Shown: positions 23,494 through 31,075 of the stretch, piece by piece
Numbering within the stretch: position 1 is the first letter of the stretch
Layout: each line of letters opens with the position of its first letter
Assembly (NCBI GenBank): GCA_004284765.1
Contig: NQJD01000024.1
Location: 4,456-36,455 of the forward strand
Source of the DNA: Candidatus Electronema aureum
GTDB lineage: Bacteria; Desulfobacterota; Desulfobulbia; Desulfobulbales; Desulfobulbaceae
Direction of reading: 5' to 3'
Length of the DNA: 32,000 bases
Translations under genes and position numbers: made by a program
Notes under the pieces: model-generated
Told to the model about the DNA's origin: nothing
Databases searched by the model: none
The model's input: the letters and a program-made list of their open reading frames with translations, nothing else

Positions 23494-26316
23494 TTAAGAA
23501 GACTGCAAGCTGCGAATTTTTTCAGCAAACTGCTCAACAGGAAGGGGCTTGCTGAAGTAATACCCTTGTACTTCATGGCATTTTTTTTCTCGAAGAAAGT
23601 CTAACTGCTCCAGTGTCTCCACGCCCTCGGCCACCACTTCCAAATTCAGACTACGAGCCATTTGAATAATTGACGCAACAATTGCAGCATCATCTGAATC
23701 TTTGGTCAAGTCAGCAATAAAAGATTGGTCGATTTTGATACTGTTGACTGGAAATTTCTTCAAATAAGCCAATGAGGAGTAACCCGTGCCAAAATCGTCG
23801 ATGGCGATTCGTATACCGATCTGTCGAATTTCCTGTAAGAGTTCTACGGCCTGTTTCGGATTTTCCATCACCGTGCTTTCGGTGATTTCAAGTTCTAAAA
23901 AGGCGGCAGGTAAGCCAGTCTCTGCTAACGTGTCACGTAACAAGTCGAGGAGTTTACGGTTCTGAAACTGCCGTGACGAGAGATTGACTGCCACCCGATG
24001 CAAACCTAACCCCTGCGCTTCCCAGTCTTTCGCTTGGCGGCAGGCGGTTTTCAGGCTCCATTCACCGAGCGCGGTGATCAAGCCGGTTTCTTCGGCAAGA
24101 GGAATGAACTCTGCCGGAGAAATAATGCCTTCTTCTGGGTGTAACCAGCGCACCAAGGCTTCTGAGCCGACCATTTTTTCATCTGGTAGCGAATATTTAG
24201 GCTGATAATAAAGGACAAACTGTTCGTCGTCCAAAGCATGGCGCAGCTGCTTTTCCAAATTAAGACGCTGCACTAACTGCTCATTCATCTGTGTGCGAAA
24301 ATGCTGAAAGCTCCCTTGCTCGCGCTGCTTGGCAAAGTGCATGGCTGTATCTGCATTTTTGATCAGGGTTTCCGCCTCCAAACCGTCATCAGGATAAATG
24401 CTGATGCCGATGCTGGCGTTGATAAAAATTTCTTCACCGTCAATATGAAAAGGCTGTTGCAGAAGATGAATCATTCGTCGGGCTAAATGACCGGCTGATT
24501 CGCAAAACTTAATTTCAGAAAGTATCACCGTGAATTCGTCGCCACAAAGCCGAGCAACCACATCACTCTTGCGGACACCGCTTCGTATCCGCTTGGCGAC
24601 TTGGGTTAGTAGCTCATCACCCGCTTTATGACCAAGCGAATCATTGACATCTTTAAACCGATCAAGATCAATGCAAAACAAAGCTAACGGAATGTCGTGG
24701 CTTTGGCTGCTGATCATGGCTTGTTCAAGATGTTCTTGAAACAAAGTACGATTCGGCAGTTTAGTCAGTGGGTCGTAAAAAAGTAAATTCTTGAGCTTGC
24801 GCTCGATGTTTTTCTTTTCAGTAATATCATTGAAGATGCCAACATAGTTGACCGTGTTGCCGCTGCTGTCGCGGATAGCACTGATGGTCAGCCATTTTTC
24901 AAAGACCTCACCGTTCTTGCGGCGGTCCCATATCTCACCTGACCAAGAACCGGTTTCGGTCAGCTGTCGCCACATTTCTTCGTAAAAAATTTGATCATGA
25001 TGGCCGGATTTGCAAATACGTGGGTTTTGACCGATAGCCTCATCGCGTTCATAGCCCATGATGAAGGTATAGGCTTCGTTGACATCAAGAATCGTCGCCT
25101 TAGCATCGGTCACCACTACAGCTTCTTCGGCATTTTCGATGATTTTTTGATCTAACCGTAGCTGCTGCTCCAGCTTTCTTCGTTCTGTAATATCGGTCTG
25201 AATGCAGCCCACACAGCCGTTGAATTCACCACTACCCGGCAAAGCAAAACAAGAGGTAAGAAAAGTGCGGGTGCCATTTTCTGAGGAGATGCTTTCTTCG
25301 TATTCTATTACCGTTTCTGACTCTGTGCTGTCATGGGATAATTTTCTGGTCAACTTGGGTAAAATATCGGCGGCAAACTTACCGATTACGTCTTTCTTCT
25401 TAATGCCAAAAAGTTCCTCGAAGCGTCTATTGACCAGAACATAACGGCCTGAAATATCCTTGAGCGTGACAGCGGATGGCGAGTTTTCGATCAAGTCGGC
25501 TAACTGTTTGCGGCCTACAGCTAAATCGTCCCGATGACGACTGAGTTGCTGAATATTGTCTCGACAGCGGGTGAGAAACAAACACAGCAGAGCAAAAAAG
25601 GCAGCCAAACGAAGAACATGCCAGAGCCACCAGACTGCTCCGTACTGAAGAGTAAAGGGAAAGAAACAAGCTGCTGAGGCAAAGAAGAGGCTACATCCAG
25701 CTATAAGCAATGCGTCTCGCTTCTCTGTGCCGCTGCTTTCTCTCAAGAAATGCAATCCGGCTATGAAAAAACAGAGACCACCGCTGATGCTGATGATTTT
25801 GGCGACGGCAAGCGATGCTACTGGTGGAATCAAAGCGGGAGAAAGCAGAAAACCGGTTCCAGGCAGCGAACAGAGGGTAGCAGTCAGGCAAGGCAACCAT
25901 TCGATGAGCGGATGCCGAGCAATCCGTTCCGGCAAACTATGTAGGGTAAATAATAGGCCACCGACCAAGGCAGCGGTGCTGTACAACCAAACAGATGCGA
26001 TAGAGGAGACTGTTCCGCCAGCGTTGAAACCATCTAAAACGCCCATGCCTGCTAACGCGGCAGCAATCCAGACCGTGCGCGGCGCATTTCCCTCTGTATG
26101 CCGGGTGAGCATAATGAAGAGAGAGGAAAGAATGGCTGTAACCGCAGTCCAACCGAGCAGCATGGCTGCCAAAGGTTCATGGATGAATCGCCAAGAGCCG
26201 ATGCAGCAGTGAAGCACAAAGGCCGCACCTGTGGGCAAGAATGCGCCCAGCAGCACCGCCACGCCTATGAGCAGCACGTTTCTTTTCGGCTTCTTGTCAT
26301 CATTCTGGTTGTTCAT
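23494..26316 (-). CDS. Membrane sensor protein with PAS-PAS-GGDEF-EAL domains (c-di-GMP turnover)
   Basis: I trimmed the track ORF to the ATG at 26316 (MNNQNDDKK...), preceded by AAGGAGA. It has about 8 N-terminal hydrophobic segments and two PAS-like regions. The GGDEF domain has the motif CGDEF with an RKSD I-site 5 residues upstream. The EAL domain carries EALVRW, ELEITES, DDFGTGYSSL, KIDQSF, EGVE and QGYYF. Confidence 0.9.
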   Translation of the reverse strand: MNNQNDDKKPKRNVLLIGVAVLLGAFLPTGAAFVLHCCIGSWRFIHEPLAAMLLGWTAVTAILSSLFIMLTRHTEGNAPRTVWIAAALAGMGVLDGFNAGGTVSSIASVWLYSTAALVGGLLFTLHSLPERIARHPLIEWLPCLTATLCSLPGTGFLLSPALIPPVASLAVAKIISISGGLCFFIAGLHFLRESSGTEKRDALLIAGCSLFFASAACFFPFTLQYGAVWWLWHVLRLAAFFALLCLFLTRCRDNIQQLSRHRDDLAVGRKQLADLIENSPSAVTLKDISGRYVLVNRRFEELFGIKKKDVIGKFAADILPKLTRKLSHDSTESETVIEYEESISSENGTRTFLTSCFALPGSGEFNGCVGCIQTDITERRKLEQQLRLDQKIIENAEEAVVVTDAKATILDVNEAYTFIMGYERDEAIGQNPRICKSGHHDQIFYEEMWRQLTETGSWSGEIWDRRKNGEVFEKWLTISAIRDSSGNTVNYVGIFNDITEKKNIERKLKNLLFYDPLTKLPNRTLFQEHLEQAMISSQSHDIPLALFCIDLDRFKDVNDSLGHKAGDELLTQVAKRIRSGVRKSDVVARLCGDEFTVILSEIKFCESAGHLARRMIHLLQQPFHIDGEEIFINASIGISIYPDDGLEAETLIKNADTAMHFAKQREQGSFQHFRTQMNEQLVQRLNLEKQLRHALDDEQFVLYYQPKYSLPDEKMVGSEALVRWLHPEEGIISPAEFIPLAEETGLITALGEWSLKTACRQAKDWEAQGLGLHRVAVNLSSRQFQNRKLLDLLRDTLAETGLPAAFLELEITESTVMENPKQAVELLQEIRQIGIRIAIDDFGTGYSSLAYLKKFPVNSIKIDQSFIADLTKDSDDAAIVASIIQMARSLNLEVVAEGVETLEQLDFLREKKCHEVQGYYFSKPLPVEQFAEKIRSLQSS

Positions 26317-26362
26317 CTTGACTGCTGTCTCCTTGATCAAAATAACAAAAACTCCCAAAGAA

Positions 26363-26391
26363 TGAATAGCAGAATTCGCCTTCACTGTCAA
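26363..26391 (-). promoter_or_regulatory. Sigma70-type promoter for the GGDEF-EAL sensor gene
   Basis: The minus strand reads TTGACA-N17-TATTCA, about 45 nt upstream of the ATG at 26316 and just downstream of the preceding terminator. Confidence 0.5.
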
Positions 26392-26419
26392 TTTTCGCTC
26401 CCAACGGGCATTCCGCAAT

Positions 26420-26450
26420 AAAAAAACCGGCACCCCGCGAGGGATGCCGG
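26420..26450 (-). terminator. Rho-independent terminator of the globin-cytochrome gene
   Basis: On the minus strand, ccggcatccc-tcgcg-gggtgccgg (one bulge) is followed by TTTTTTT. It lies 35 nt after the stop at 26485. Confidence 0.7.
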
Positions 26451-26484
26451 TTCCGTCACGCCGCCTGTTCAGCGGCCTGTGCGT

Positions 26485-28947
26485 TTACTGTTTGCCGAGA
26501 ACGTCCTTGCGGGCGCTTTCAGCCACTCTGACCGCCACCGCAATCATCTCCTCTTTCACGCCCAGCTCGCGCAGCGCGTCGCCGAAGTGTTTGATGATGA
26601 TGTTGAAGTGGCTGTCATTGAGGCCCTTGTCCTTGACCAGACGGGCATGGGCCGCAGTCAGGTCGCGGCCTTTGTACGGCAGGCTGCCGCCAAAGGCGAA
26701 GTTCATGAACGCCTTCTGCATCCGGCGCTGGGTGTCCATGTCAATGCCTGCGAAGAAGTAGTTGACCGCCGGATCAGCCATGACCTTGTCGTAGAAGAGA
26801 TCAACCGCTTTGCTCACCGCCTCCTCGCCGCCGATCTGCTCATAGAACGCGTCTGCGGCGGTTTTCACACTGTCGCCACGCTCCTGAATCCGGTTTTGGG
26901 TCGGCGCGCCGTGGGTGCTGAAGGTCACGGTCTTGTCAATCATGTCAACGATCGGCAGAGGATCCGGAACCGCCTTGAGGCCGTAAATCTCCTCAAGATC
27001 AAAGCCCTTGGGCAGATTCTCAAAGAGCTTCTTGGCGATCTTCTGGCTGGCCACGCGGAAGCGCAGCCGGGCGTGGAAGGTGATGTTATGCTTCTTCAGG
27101 TCGCTGAGGGTGGAATAATACACATCCCTGTAGCCCTTGGGCGGGATGACATCATGCCGCGAGAAAGAGACAATCTCCCACGGGTCATTCTTGAGGGTCA
27201 TATCATGGCCCATGCCGTCGGAGTTGAACATGTAGGTGTTCTCGTCCAGCTCGCCGTCCTTTTTGAGGAGGCCGCTCTTCAGCACTTCCTTGCCGGTCTC
27301 GTCCTTGGCCACCACTTCCAGCCACATCTGGCGGATGTTGGTCAGCGAGGTGGGCAGGGCGTGACCGCAACGCTCGTTCTTCACCCGCACTTTGATCTTG
27401 CTCAGGTAGCCGTCCTCGCTGTAGATCGGCGTGATCTCCATCTCTGCGGCCAGCTGGAGCCGGGCCACAGCCATGTCGTACTTCAGCTGGGCGTTGTCGG
27501 CCAGCTTCTTGTCGCCCAGCTTCTCAGCCCGCAGCTTCTCCAGCAGATACATAGTGAAGTTGGCGCCGTTGAAGAAATGGCGGTACTCATGCCGCTGCGG
27601 CTTCTGAAAGGTGTCGGCGGAGCGCTTGAAAGTCGGGATGTCAACCATGTGGCAGTCCTGACACTGAATGCCCTTGACCGAGTAGATACCCTTCTTCCAC
27701 TCGTTGTAGGTGTGCTCGATCGGGAAATGCTCTTGGTAATGGAAGACCTGATGGCAGCCCGCGCAAAGTTCAGCCCGCAGATGCAGGGGCGACTCGACGC
27801 ATTCGTGGAAGCCGCCGCCGCAGCCCTCGTAGGGAGGGAAGGGACCGTATTTGGTGCGGACATTCTCGCCTTTGGCGTTCTTATAGCCTGGAGAGAGGAC
27901 ATAAGAGCCGTTCTCCGGCTCGCGGGACGGAGTCTCCCAATGGGTGTGCCGCTTGATCGAATGGCAGACATCGCAGGACACGCCCGCCTTGGTTAGATCA
28001 GTGAGCTTCTTGAAATCAAACTCCTCCGGCATCTGCCCGGAGACAACCGCCGCCGCCGTGTGGCAGCCTTCGCACTGCTTGGTGATCTCCTTGCCCACCG
28101 CCTTCACGCCCAGCGCAAGCTCGCCGAGGTAGATCGGGTCGCGGAAGGCCTGCGCGTGCATAGAACCCTGCCAATCCTCAAATTGCTGGGGATGACAGCC
28201 GCCGCAGGTGAAGACCGAGGGGGTCTCGAAGGGCACGCCCTTGTCCTCAAAGGCGATGTTGGAAGGATAGTATTTGTATTGTTTCTTCAGCGCGTCATGG
28301 TCGTAGCGGGTGTAGGGCACGCTCCAGACATTGGCCAAGTCCTTGTCAATCTCATTGGGATTGTTCGGCACGACACCCACGCCGGGCTTCGGCGGCGAGT
28401 AGGACGAGAGTCCGGCAGGCTTGCTCTGGGCGGGCTTGACTGCTGCGGCATCTGTCTTGCCCAGAATGTCGCCACGAACGCTGTTGGCTACTTTGGCGGC
28501 GTGCGCGATCAGCTCGTCCTTCACGCCAAGCTCTTTCAGCGTGGCACCAAGATGCTCAACAATTACATCAAAATGACTGTCATTAAGGCCGCGTGCGACT
28601 AAATGAGCGTGCGCCGCTTTCAAATCCCGACCCTGATAGGCGTTGGGGCCGCCAAAAGCAAAGGTCAAAAATGCCTTTTGCATGGCAATCTGCCGATTCA
28701 TGTCAACGCCTTTAAAGAAGCCGTTGACCCGACTGTCAGCCAAGACCTTCTTGTAGAAGCCCTTGACAGCGGCATCAATAGCTGGCGCACCGCCGAGCTG
28801 ATCATAGAGTGATTGCTGCTCTTGTCCAATCTGACTTTGTGGGCCGGTCTGATTAGCTTGGTTGGGGTCGCCTGTAAAGGCGGACTGTGCTGTCAGGGCT
28901 AATCCCGCTGTCAGGCAGATAGCTAATCCTGCACGCTTGTTGTTCAT
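26485..28947 (-). CDS. Exported fusion protein: truncated haemoglobin (trHbN) - pentahaem c-type cytochrome - truncated haemoglobin
   Basis: I trimmed the track ORF to the ATG at 28947 (MNNKRAGLAICLTAGLALTAQSAF, a Sec-type signal peptide), preceded by AGGAGGAG. Globin signatures occur at aa 46-164 (28456-28812) and in the last 122 aa (26488-26853). Both show ..Y.QLGG..FY.KV..D....FF...DM..Q...QKAF...AFGG...Y.GRDL..AHA.L...GLNDSHF. The core has five CXXCH motifs at 28192-28206, 28059-28073, 27961-27975, 27751-27765 and 27649-27663. Confidence 0.88.
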   Translation of the reverse strand: MNNKRAGLAICLTAGLALTAQSAFTGDPNQANQTGPQSQIGQEQQSLYDQLGGAPAIDAAVKGFYKKVLADSRVNGFFKGVDMNRQIAMQKAFLTFAFGGPNAYQGRDLKAAHAHLVARGLNDSHFDVIVEHLGATLKELGVKDELIAHAAKVANSVRGDILGKTDAAAVKPAQSKPAGLSSYSPPKPGVGVVPNNPNEIDKDLANVWSVPYTRYDHDALKKQYKYYPSNIAFEDKGVPFETPSVFTCGGCHPQQFEDWQGSMHAQAFRDPIYLGELALGVKAVGKEITKQCEGCHTAAAVVSGQMPEEFDFKKLTDLTKAGVSCDVCHSIKRHTHWETPSREPENGSYVLSPGYKNAKGENVRTKYGPFPPYEGCGGGFHECVESPLHLRAELCAGCHQVFHYQEHFPIEHTYNEWKKGIYSVKGIQCQDCHMVDIPTFKRSADTFQKPQRHEYRHFFNGANFTMYLLEKLRAEKLGDKKLADNAQLKYDMAVARLQLAAEMEITPIYSEDGYLSKIKVRVKNERCGHALPTSLTNIRQMWLEVVAKDETGKEVLKSGLLKKDGELDENTYMFNSDGMGHDMTLKNDPWEIVSFSRHDVIPPKGYRDVYYSTLSDLKKHNITFHARLRFRVASQKIAKKLFENLPKGFDLEEIYGLKAVPDPLPIVDMIDKTVTFSTHGAPTQNRIQERGDSVKTAADAFYEQIGGEEAVSKAVDLFYDKVMADPAVNYFFAGIDMDTQRRMQKAFMNFAFGGSLPYKGRDLTAAHARLVKDKGLNDSHFNIIIKHFGDALRELGVKEEMIAVAVRVAESARKDVLGKQ

Positions 28948-29001
28948 GACTCCTCCTGTTTTGTTGATGAAAAGCACTTTGTTGTAGTACCAACTGCCCC
29001 T

Positions 29002-29031
29002 ATTATAGGGGAGCGCAGGAGAAAAGTACAA
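29002..29031 (-). promoter_or_regulatory. Sigma70-type promoter of the globin-cytochrome gene
   Basis: The minus strand reads A8-T-TTGTAC-N18-TATAAT, with the block GCTCCCCTATAAT identical to the paralogue's promoter. It lies about 55 nt upstream of the ATG at 28947. Confidence 0.55.
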
Positions 29032-29089
29032 ATTTTTTTTGAGTAAAAATACGCCTGTTTTTTCCTGTCATAGTGGCTCTAAAGGCAAT

Positions 29090-29129
29090 AAAAAATCCGG
29101 CATCCTCCATAGGAAACAGAGGATGCCGG
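29090..29129 (-). terminator. Rho-independent terminator of the upstream cytochrome paralogue
   Basis: On the minus strand, ccggcatcctc-tgtttcctatg-gaggatgccgg (11-bp perfect stem) is followed by ATTTTTT. It lies 43 nt after the stop at 29172. Confidence 0.75.
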
Positions 29130-29171
29130 ACTTAGACACCAGCGGCAATTACCGCTACTTAGATAGTGCCT

Positions 29172-30743
29172 TTACTTGACAGACTCAGGCGTACCCTTAG
29201 TCTTGATGGTCACAGACTTTTCGGTCATGTCAACCACTGGCACAGCAGGTACAGCAGTAAGGCCGTAGATTTTCCCCAAATCAACACCCTTGGGTTGATT
29301 ACTCAACAGCTTCTCAACCACCGCTTGACTGGCCTGACGGAAACGGAGCTTGGCACTGAACTTGATCTCCTGATCGTCGGACTCATTGACAAGAGTGTAA
29401 TACAGGTCACGATATCCCTTAGGCGGAATGGTGTCATGCCGTGAGAAAGCCACTACGTCCCAAGGATCAAGTTTGAAGCTCAGGTCGTTGCCCATGCCGT
29501 CAGAGTTGAAGTTGTAGGTTTTTGGGTCAAGCTCACCTTTGCTGTCCAAATAACCGCTCTTCAACAGCTCTTTGCCACTGGCATCGGTGATCACCACTTC
29601 AAGCCACATCTGGCGAATATTGGTCAGCGAAGTAGGCAGATTATGGCCCGCCCGCCTGTTATGCACCCGTACTCTGATTTTGGAAAGATCGCCCTTCGCG
29701 TTGTAGAATGGCTCGACTTCCAGTTCAGCAGCAGCTTGCAGCCTTTCCACCGCCATATCAAACTTCTTCTTGGCATTTTCCGCCATCTTGGTGTCGCCTT
29801 CTTTCTTTGCCTTGAGTTCGGCTAAGAAATACTGAACAAAGTTGGCACCGTTAAAATAATGGCGGTACTCGCCCCGCTTGGGCAGAACAAAGCTGTCCGC
29901 AGAACGTTTGAAGGTGTCGATATCAACCATGTGACAATCTTGGCACTGCACGCCCTTGACCGCATAGATGCTTTTCTTCCACTCAGCATAGGTATGTTCC
30001 AGCGGCGTATGCTCCTTGTAATGAAAGACCTGATGACAGCCTGCGCACATTTCCGATGTCCGATGCAGAGGCGACTCCACGCACTCATGGAAACCACCAC
30101 CGCAGCCTTCGTAGTTCGGGAACGGGCCGTATTTAGTCAGCACAGCTTGACCGGTCTTTTCATCTTTCCGGTTTGGAGACAATAAATACGAGCCATTCTC
30201 TGGCTCGCCAGACGGGGTTTCCTGATGAAGCTGTTGTTTGATCGAATGGCAGACATCACAGGAAACACCAGCCTTAGCTAAGGGGCTAAGTTTGTCAAAG
30301 TCAAATTCACCAGCTGTTTCACCCAATAAGAACGCCGCCGGGGTGTGGCAGCCTTCGCACTGCTTGGCAATATCTTTACCCACTGCTTTGACGGCCAGAT
30401 TCAGCTCGCCAAGATAAACCGGGTCTTGAAAGGCCATCGAGTGCATGGAATTCTGCCATTCCTCGTATTGCTGAGGATGACAGCCCGCGCAGGTGGCTAC
30501 TGAAGGCGCGTTGAATTTTGCATCTTCCTTGCTTAGTGCCTCATCTAATTTGAGATGCGAAGGATAATTAGGGAATTTTTTCTTCCACTCCTCCATGTTA
30601 TAGCGGCTGTATGCGGGTACCGCAACCGTAGGTGCGGTAGGAGCTGTCGGTACTTCTGGAGCAGTTTTGGCAAAAGCAGCGGTGGCTGCAAGTGCTGTTC
30701 CTGCGGTTAGGCCAAGAATCAGGCCAATACAATTTCGTGCCAT
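29172..30743 (-). CDS. Exported pentahaem c-type cytochrome (globin-less paralogue of the 26485-28947 core)
   Basis: 523 aa with signal peptide MARNCIGLILGLTAGTALAATAAFA. It has five CXXCH motifs (CAGCH, CEGCH, CDVCH, CAGCH, CQDCH) in the same order and context as the neighbour. Shared blocks include CGGGFHECVESPLH, YRH.FNGANF, GH.LPTSLTNIRQMWLEVV and SRHD.IPPKGYRD. Confidence 0.88.
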   Translation of the reverse strand: MARNCIGLILGLTAGTALAATAAFAKTAPEVPTAPTAPTVAVPAYSRYNMEEWKKKFPNYPSHLKLDEALSKEDAKFNAPSVATCAGCHPQQYEEWQNSMHSMAFQDPVYLGELNLAVKAVGKDIAKQCEGCHTPAAFLLGETAGEFDFDKLSPLAKAGVSCDVCHSIKQQLHQETPSGEPENGSYLLSPNRKDEKTGQAVLTKYGPFPNYEGCGGGFHECVESPLHRTSEMCAGCHQVFHYKEHTPLEHTYAEWKKSIYAVKGVQCQDCHMVDIDTFKRSADSFVLPKRGEYRHYFNGANFVQYFLAELKAKKEGDTKMAENAKKKFDMAVERLQAAAELEVEPFYNAKGDLSKIRVRVHNRRAGHNLPTSLTNIRQMWLEVVITDASGKELLKSGYLDSKGELDPKTYNFNSDGMGNDLSFKLDPWDVVAFSRHDTIPPKGYRDLYYTLVNESDDQEIKFSAKLRFRQASQAVVEKLLSNQPKGVDLGKIYGLTAVPAVPVVDMTEKSVTIKTKGTPESVK

Positions 30744-30791
30744 GATGCCTCTCTTTTTTTAAGTTATGATGAGATTCATTGTTAATAGTTC

Positions 30792-30821
30792 ATTATAGGG
30801 GAGCTGGAAATAAAGATACAA
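30792..30821 (-). promoter_or_regulatory. Sigma70-type promoter of the globin-less cytochrome paralogue
   Basis: The minus strand reads A6-GAC-TTGTAT-N18-TATAAT with the same GCTCCCCTATAAT block. It lies about 50 nt upstream of the ATG at 30743. Confidence 0.55.
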
Positions 30822-30934
30822 GTCTTTTTTCTTGCAGGAAAAATGTGGTCACACAATGTGTCATAGCGGTGGGAATAAGAACACACCAGAACCGGTTCGC
30901 TTAACGGTGATTACACAGGACTGCTGGAGGTGTG

Positions 30935-30968
30935 AAAAAGAAAAGGTGACCCTGCCTTTGCGGCAGGG
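30935..30968 (-). terminator. Probable terminator of the small secreted-protein gene
   Basis: On the minus strand, ccctgcc-gcaaa-ggcaggg is followed by tcaccTTTTCTTTTT. Confidence 0.55.
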
Positions 30969-31075
30969 TGTAGGCGATGAAGAACACTTTGCATGATGCG
31001 TGCCTTGATAACTCATATCCACGCTCGAACATGAGTTATTTTCGGTTAATGCGGGCTATGCGTTGAGGAAATAAT

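Noticed and set aside
26479-27996. 505-aa plus-strand ORF in the track
   Set aside because: It is entirely antisense to the cytochrome/globin CDS, which has unmistakable CXXCH and globin signatures. Its translation is Ala/Arg/Gly/Val/Leu-rich low-complexity sequence, typical of the antisense frame of a GC-rich gene.
28870-28947. Possible lipoprotein (Cys at residue 11, LAIC) or Tat signal in the fusion protein
   Set aside because: The -1 residue before the Cys is Ile, and the preceding hydrophobic region is too short for a lipobox. There is no RR twin-arginine motif (only KR). c-type haem attachment also requires Sec export.
28948-29031. 5' extensions of track ORFs: 29031 for the fusion gene, and likewise 26433, 7917, 5164, 4152 and 13050 for other genes
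   Set aside because: The extensions run through promoter boxes, terminators or repeats and lack an SD sequence. The internal starts I chose are preceded by SD sequences and coincide with the homologous N-termini or with signal peptides.
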